From an uncultured Acidimicrobiia bacterium (GTDB lineage Bacteria; Actinomycetota; Acidimicrobiia; Spongiisociales; UBA11373), in assembly GCA_964471875.1 (NCBI GenBank), contig CAYYIA010000001.1, forward strand, positions 1 to 28,846: a DNA stretch of 28,846 nt, given 5' to 3'. Position numbers and translations under genes: made by a program. Every line of letters begins with the position of its first letter. Within the stretch, counting starts at the first letter, position 1. Below, piece after piece: positions 26,129 through 28,846 of the stretch. Below the pieces are notes generated by a model. It was not told where the DNA came from. It saw only the letters and a list, made by a program, of their open reading frames with translations, and did no database searches.

Positions 26129-26908
26129 GTGCCCCCCAGGACCATCCCCATCAGCGGCCTGCAGCTCTTTGCCCGCTACGCCTACCCGCCCAACCAGCGC
26201 GGGTACTGCGGTCCCGACGAGGCGCGCACGCTGATCGAGTACGCCGCCGCCGGCATCACCGATCCCGGACTCGCCGCCCTCGCCCAGGCGTTCCACGGAC
26301 CGCTGCCGTATCTGACCGTGATGGCCGGTGTCACCGGGATCGCCGATCCGTTCGACCGGCGTCTGGTCGAGGCGTACTGGGTGGGCAATTCCATCTTGGA
26401 CCGGGTGGATGTGGCTTCGTTCGGCCGGGTGCTCGACGAGGGCTTCCGCCGCCGCATGGGTGGGGGTTGGGGCTTCTTCGAGGAGGCGATTCCGGCCGGT
26501 GGCGTGCCGCACCATTCGTTCCATGTGTTGGCGGTGTATCCGTGGGTGGGGATGCTGCGCGGAGAACGGGCCGAACCGCTCGAGATCCTGGACCGTTGCA
26601 GGATCCGCTGGGGCACGGTGCTCTCGGTTGCGGGTGACACCGCGGTGGTGTCGTCACAGCCGCTGCAATGGGATGGGCGGCACCTGTTCTTCGGAGTGGA
26701 GCGCCCGGAGACGGTCACCCTTGGGAGCGATGGGCTCAGCCTGGCCGGAGCGGTCGGCCCGGGCGACACGGTGTCGATGCACTGGGACTGGGTGTGCGAC
26801 CGCCTCGACTCCGCTGCGGTCGGCCACCTGAGCAGCTACACGATGCGTCACCTCGACATGGTGAACACCCGCCTCGCCCACTCCGGTCCGGCGAAGGTGC
26901 TGGACTGA
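26129..26908 (+). CDS. DUF6390-like protein
   Basis: LFARYAYPPN..GYCGP, VEAYWVGN, PHHSFHV, CRIRWG.V, VSMHWDWVC. Confidence 0.7.
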   Translation: MPPRTIPISGLQLFARYAYPPNQRGYCGPDEARTLIEYAAAGITDPGLAALAQAFHGPLPYLTVMAGVTGIADPFDRRLVEAYWVGNSILDRVDVASFGRVLDEGFRRRMGGGWGFFEEAIPAGGVPHHSFHVLAVYPWVGMLRGERAEPLEILDRCRIRWGTVLSVAGDTAVVSSQPLQWDGRHLFFGVERPETVTLGSDGLSLAGAVGPGDTVSMHWDWVCDRLDSAAVGHLSSYTMRHLDMVNTRLAHSGPAKVLD

Positions 26909-26914
26909 TCGCCG

Positions 26915-27856
26915 ATGAGACGAACCGCCGTCGCCCTGCTCCTCGCGCTCGCCGCAGTGCCGTCATGCGCCGATGACTCGGGGGGCGATGTCCTGGTCCT
27001 CTACACCTCGGTGACCCAGGACACGGTCGAGGCGGTGGTGGCCGGTTATGAAGCACGTCATCCGGGGATCGAGGTCGAGGTGTTCCGCGCTCCTACCGGC
27101 GAGCTCAACGCACGGATCGCCGCCGACCTGCGGCAGGGTGCGGTCGGTGCCGACGTGCTCTGGCTCACCGATCCTCTGTCGATGCAGCAGTGGGAAGCGC
27201 AGGGGGTGCTGCGGCCCGCCACACCCGACGCCGATGCAGTACCGGCCCAGTACCGGGAGGATCGCTTCTGGGGGACTCGGGTGCTCGACATGGTGGTGGT
27301 GAGACACGTCGACGCTCCGCCTGTGGACTCGTGGGATGACCTCGTCGCGGTGGCGGCTGATGGCGGGGTGGCGCTACCCAATCCGGAGTTCGCCGGATCG
27401 GCATTCGCCGCCGTCGCCTTTTTCGCGCTCGATCACGACTACGGCTTGGAATTCCTGCAGGACCTTCACGATGCCGGTGCCGTGGTGGTCGCCGCCCCCG
27501 GTGACGTCATCACCGGTGTGGCCGAGGGCCAGTTCGCCGCCGGGATCACCCTCGACGTCCCGGCGCGCGACGCCGTCGCCGATGGATCACCGATCGAGAT
27601 CATCTGGCCCGATCCGGGAGCCATCGCCCTCTACAGCCCGATTGCGGTGACGTCCGCGTCCGGTGCGGCCACCGGGTTCGTCACCTTTGTGCTCGGCGTC
27701 GACGCACAGACCGCCATCGCCTCCACGGGATGGCAGCCGGTGCATCCCGATGTGCCGTGGGAGGGTCGCGGGCCGGAGGTGACCCTCGATTGGGAGCAGG
27801 CCTTCGATCGTCAGCAGGAGTTGCTCGATGCGTTCCGCGCCATCTTCGGCGGCTGA
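26915..27856 (+). CDS. ABC transporter substrate-binding lipoprotein (Fe3+/thiamine/AfuA-like class)
   Basis: Lipoprotein-like signal ending in SC, LVLYTS, ADVLW, P.P..AGSA, IIWP..GA, A..FV.FVL. Confidence 0.8.
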   Translation: MRRTAVALLLALAAVPSCADDSGGDVLVLYTSVTQDTVEAVVAGYEARHPGIEVEVFRAPTGELNARIAADLRQGAVGADVLWLTDPLSMQQWEAQGVLRPATPDADAVPAQYREDRFWGTRVLDMVVVRHVDAPPVDSWDDLVAVAADGGVALPNPEFAGSAFAAVAFFALDHDYGLEFLQDLHDAGAVVVAAPGDVITGVAEGQFAAGITLDVPARDAVADGSPIEIIWPDPGAIALYSPIAVTSASGAATGFVTFVLGVDAQTAIASTGWQPVHPDVPWEGRGPEVTLDWEQAFDRQQELLDAFRAIFGG

Positions 27857-28846
27857 CCGCCTGCTGCCGGGGTCGGCCACGGCGCTACCGCTCGGCCTTG
27901 CCGTGGTGGCCCTGGTGGTCCTTCCCCTGTTCGATCTGGTGAGGACGACGATCGACACCACCGCCGGATCCGTGGTCGGTGCGCTCGACGGAGAAGCGAT
28001 CGTGAACTCGCTGTGGACTGCTTCGGTGGCGGCCGCACTGGCCACGGCGATCGGGGTGGCGACGGCCCTGGCCATGTCCCGCCGGGGCCGGATCCCTCGG
28101 GTATGGCACGTGGCGATCCTGCTGCCCTTGCTCGTGCCGCCGTTCGTGTCCGCGCTGGCGTGGACCCGAGCCTTTGGTCCCGGTGGGCTCACCGACGACC
28201 TGGCCGGCTGGACTCTCCCCGGTCTCATCGGTCCCATGGGGATCGTGCTGGTGCTGGCGGTGCATGCCGCCCCTCTGGTGTACCTCGTTGCCGGGAGTGC
28301 CCTCCGCACCCGTGCCCGGCCCGAGTTGGAGTGGGCGGCACGGGCATCCGGTGCGGATGCGAGGCAGGCGTTCCGACGGGTCACGGTTCCGTTGCTCACA
28401 CCCGCCATCGCCGGGGGTGGGTTGCTCGCCTTCGTCGTCTCGCTGAACTCGTTCGGAATCCCCGCGGTCCTCGGTGTCCCTGCCGGGTTCCCCACCATCA
28501 CCACCCGGATCTTCGGCGATCTTGCCCGGTCGGCCGATCCCGGTGCCTTCCATCGGGTGCTGCTGCTCTCGACGGTGCTCATGGTGTTCGTGGTCGTCGC
28601 CGTCGCCGTCGCCGGCCGTGCCCTGCGCACCGCTGGCGGAGGTGGTCTGTCGGGATCGCGCGAGCCCTCCCGGACTCGCGGTGCCGGCCGCCCACCGATC
28701 GCGTTGTCAGGGTTTGTCGTGCTCACGGCGTTGCTTCCTCTCGCCGCGCTCGTCCTCACCGGGCTGACCCGGGCTGCGGGGCTCGATCCGTGGCCGACCA
28801 ACTGGACCCTGGCCAACTTCGCCGAGGCATGGGAGGGAGGTGCTTG
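27828..28846 (+). CDS. ABC permease (Fe3+/AfuB-like), 3'-truncated by the window end
   Basis: Absent from the ORF track because it has no stop. AGGAG RBS then ATG 27828; NSLWTA, LLPLLVPPFV.ALAW, ELEWAARASGA (EAA loop), FGIPAVLG. Confidence 0.82.
   Translation, partial: MRSAPSSAADRLLPGSATALPLGLAVVALVVLPLFDLVRTTIDTTAGSVVGALDGEAIVNSLWTASVAAALATAIGVATALAMSRRGRIPRVWHVAILLPLLVPPFVSALAWTRAFGPGGLTDDLAGWTLPGLIGPMGIVLVLAVHAAPLVYLVAGSALRTRARPELEWAARASGADARQAFRRVTVPLLTPAIAGGGLLAFVVSLNSFGIPAVLGVPAGFPTITTRIFGDLARSADPGAFHRVLLLSTVLMVFVVVAVAVAGRALRTAGGGGLSGSREPSRTRGAGRPPIALSGFVVLTALLPLAALVLTGLTRAAGLDPWPTNWTLANFAEAWEGGA

Noticed and set aside
1-28846. Mobile elements, prophage, defence systems, tRNA/rRNA
   Set aside because: No transposase, integrase, phage, restriction or toxin motifs, no tRNA/rRNA signatures, and no obvious low-GC island were seen.

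Overview
High-GC bacterial window, probably Actinomycetota (inferred from lipoproteins, PGPGW, DUF6529-like and BTAD genes and many TANNNT leaderless starts). About 30 real genes; most other ORFs in the track are GC-rich shadow ORFs. The left part holds a cobalamin riboswitch with a btuFCD-type ABC importer, a cupredoxin/DUF6529-like pair, an M23 peptidase, a Zn-ADH, a cupin, surE and a beta-propeller lipoprotein gene broken by one in-frame TAG. The middle holds a flippase-like/methyltransferase fusion and a large wHTH-BTAD-ATPase-TPR regulator. The most interesting region is 14.4-24.0 kb. Three paralogous multi-TM sensor-like proteins each stop after what looks like the first helix and strand of a GAF domain. 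A PP2C phosphatase/anti-sigma-kinase fusion begins with the complementary GAF half. Two STAS proteins and an uncharacterised protein complete the locus, with no sigma factor in the window. An 11-bp-period CCGTAACG repeat lies before three of these genes. The right part holds an OFA-type MFS transporter, a nitroreductase, a DUF6390-like gene and a truncated Fe3+-type ABC transporter. Five intergenic heptamer-repeat clusters are present. No rRNA, tRNA, CRISPR or transposase was seen. All family names come from motif recognition by eye, not database searches.
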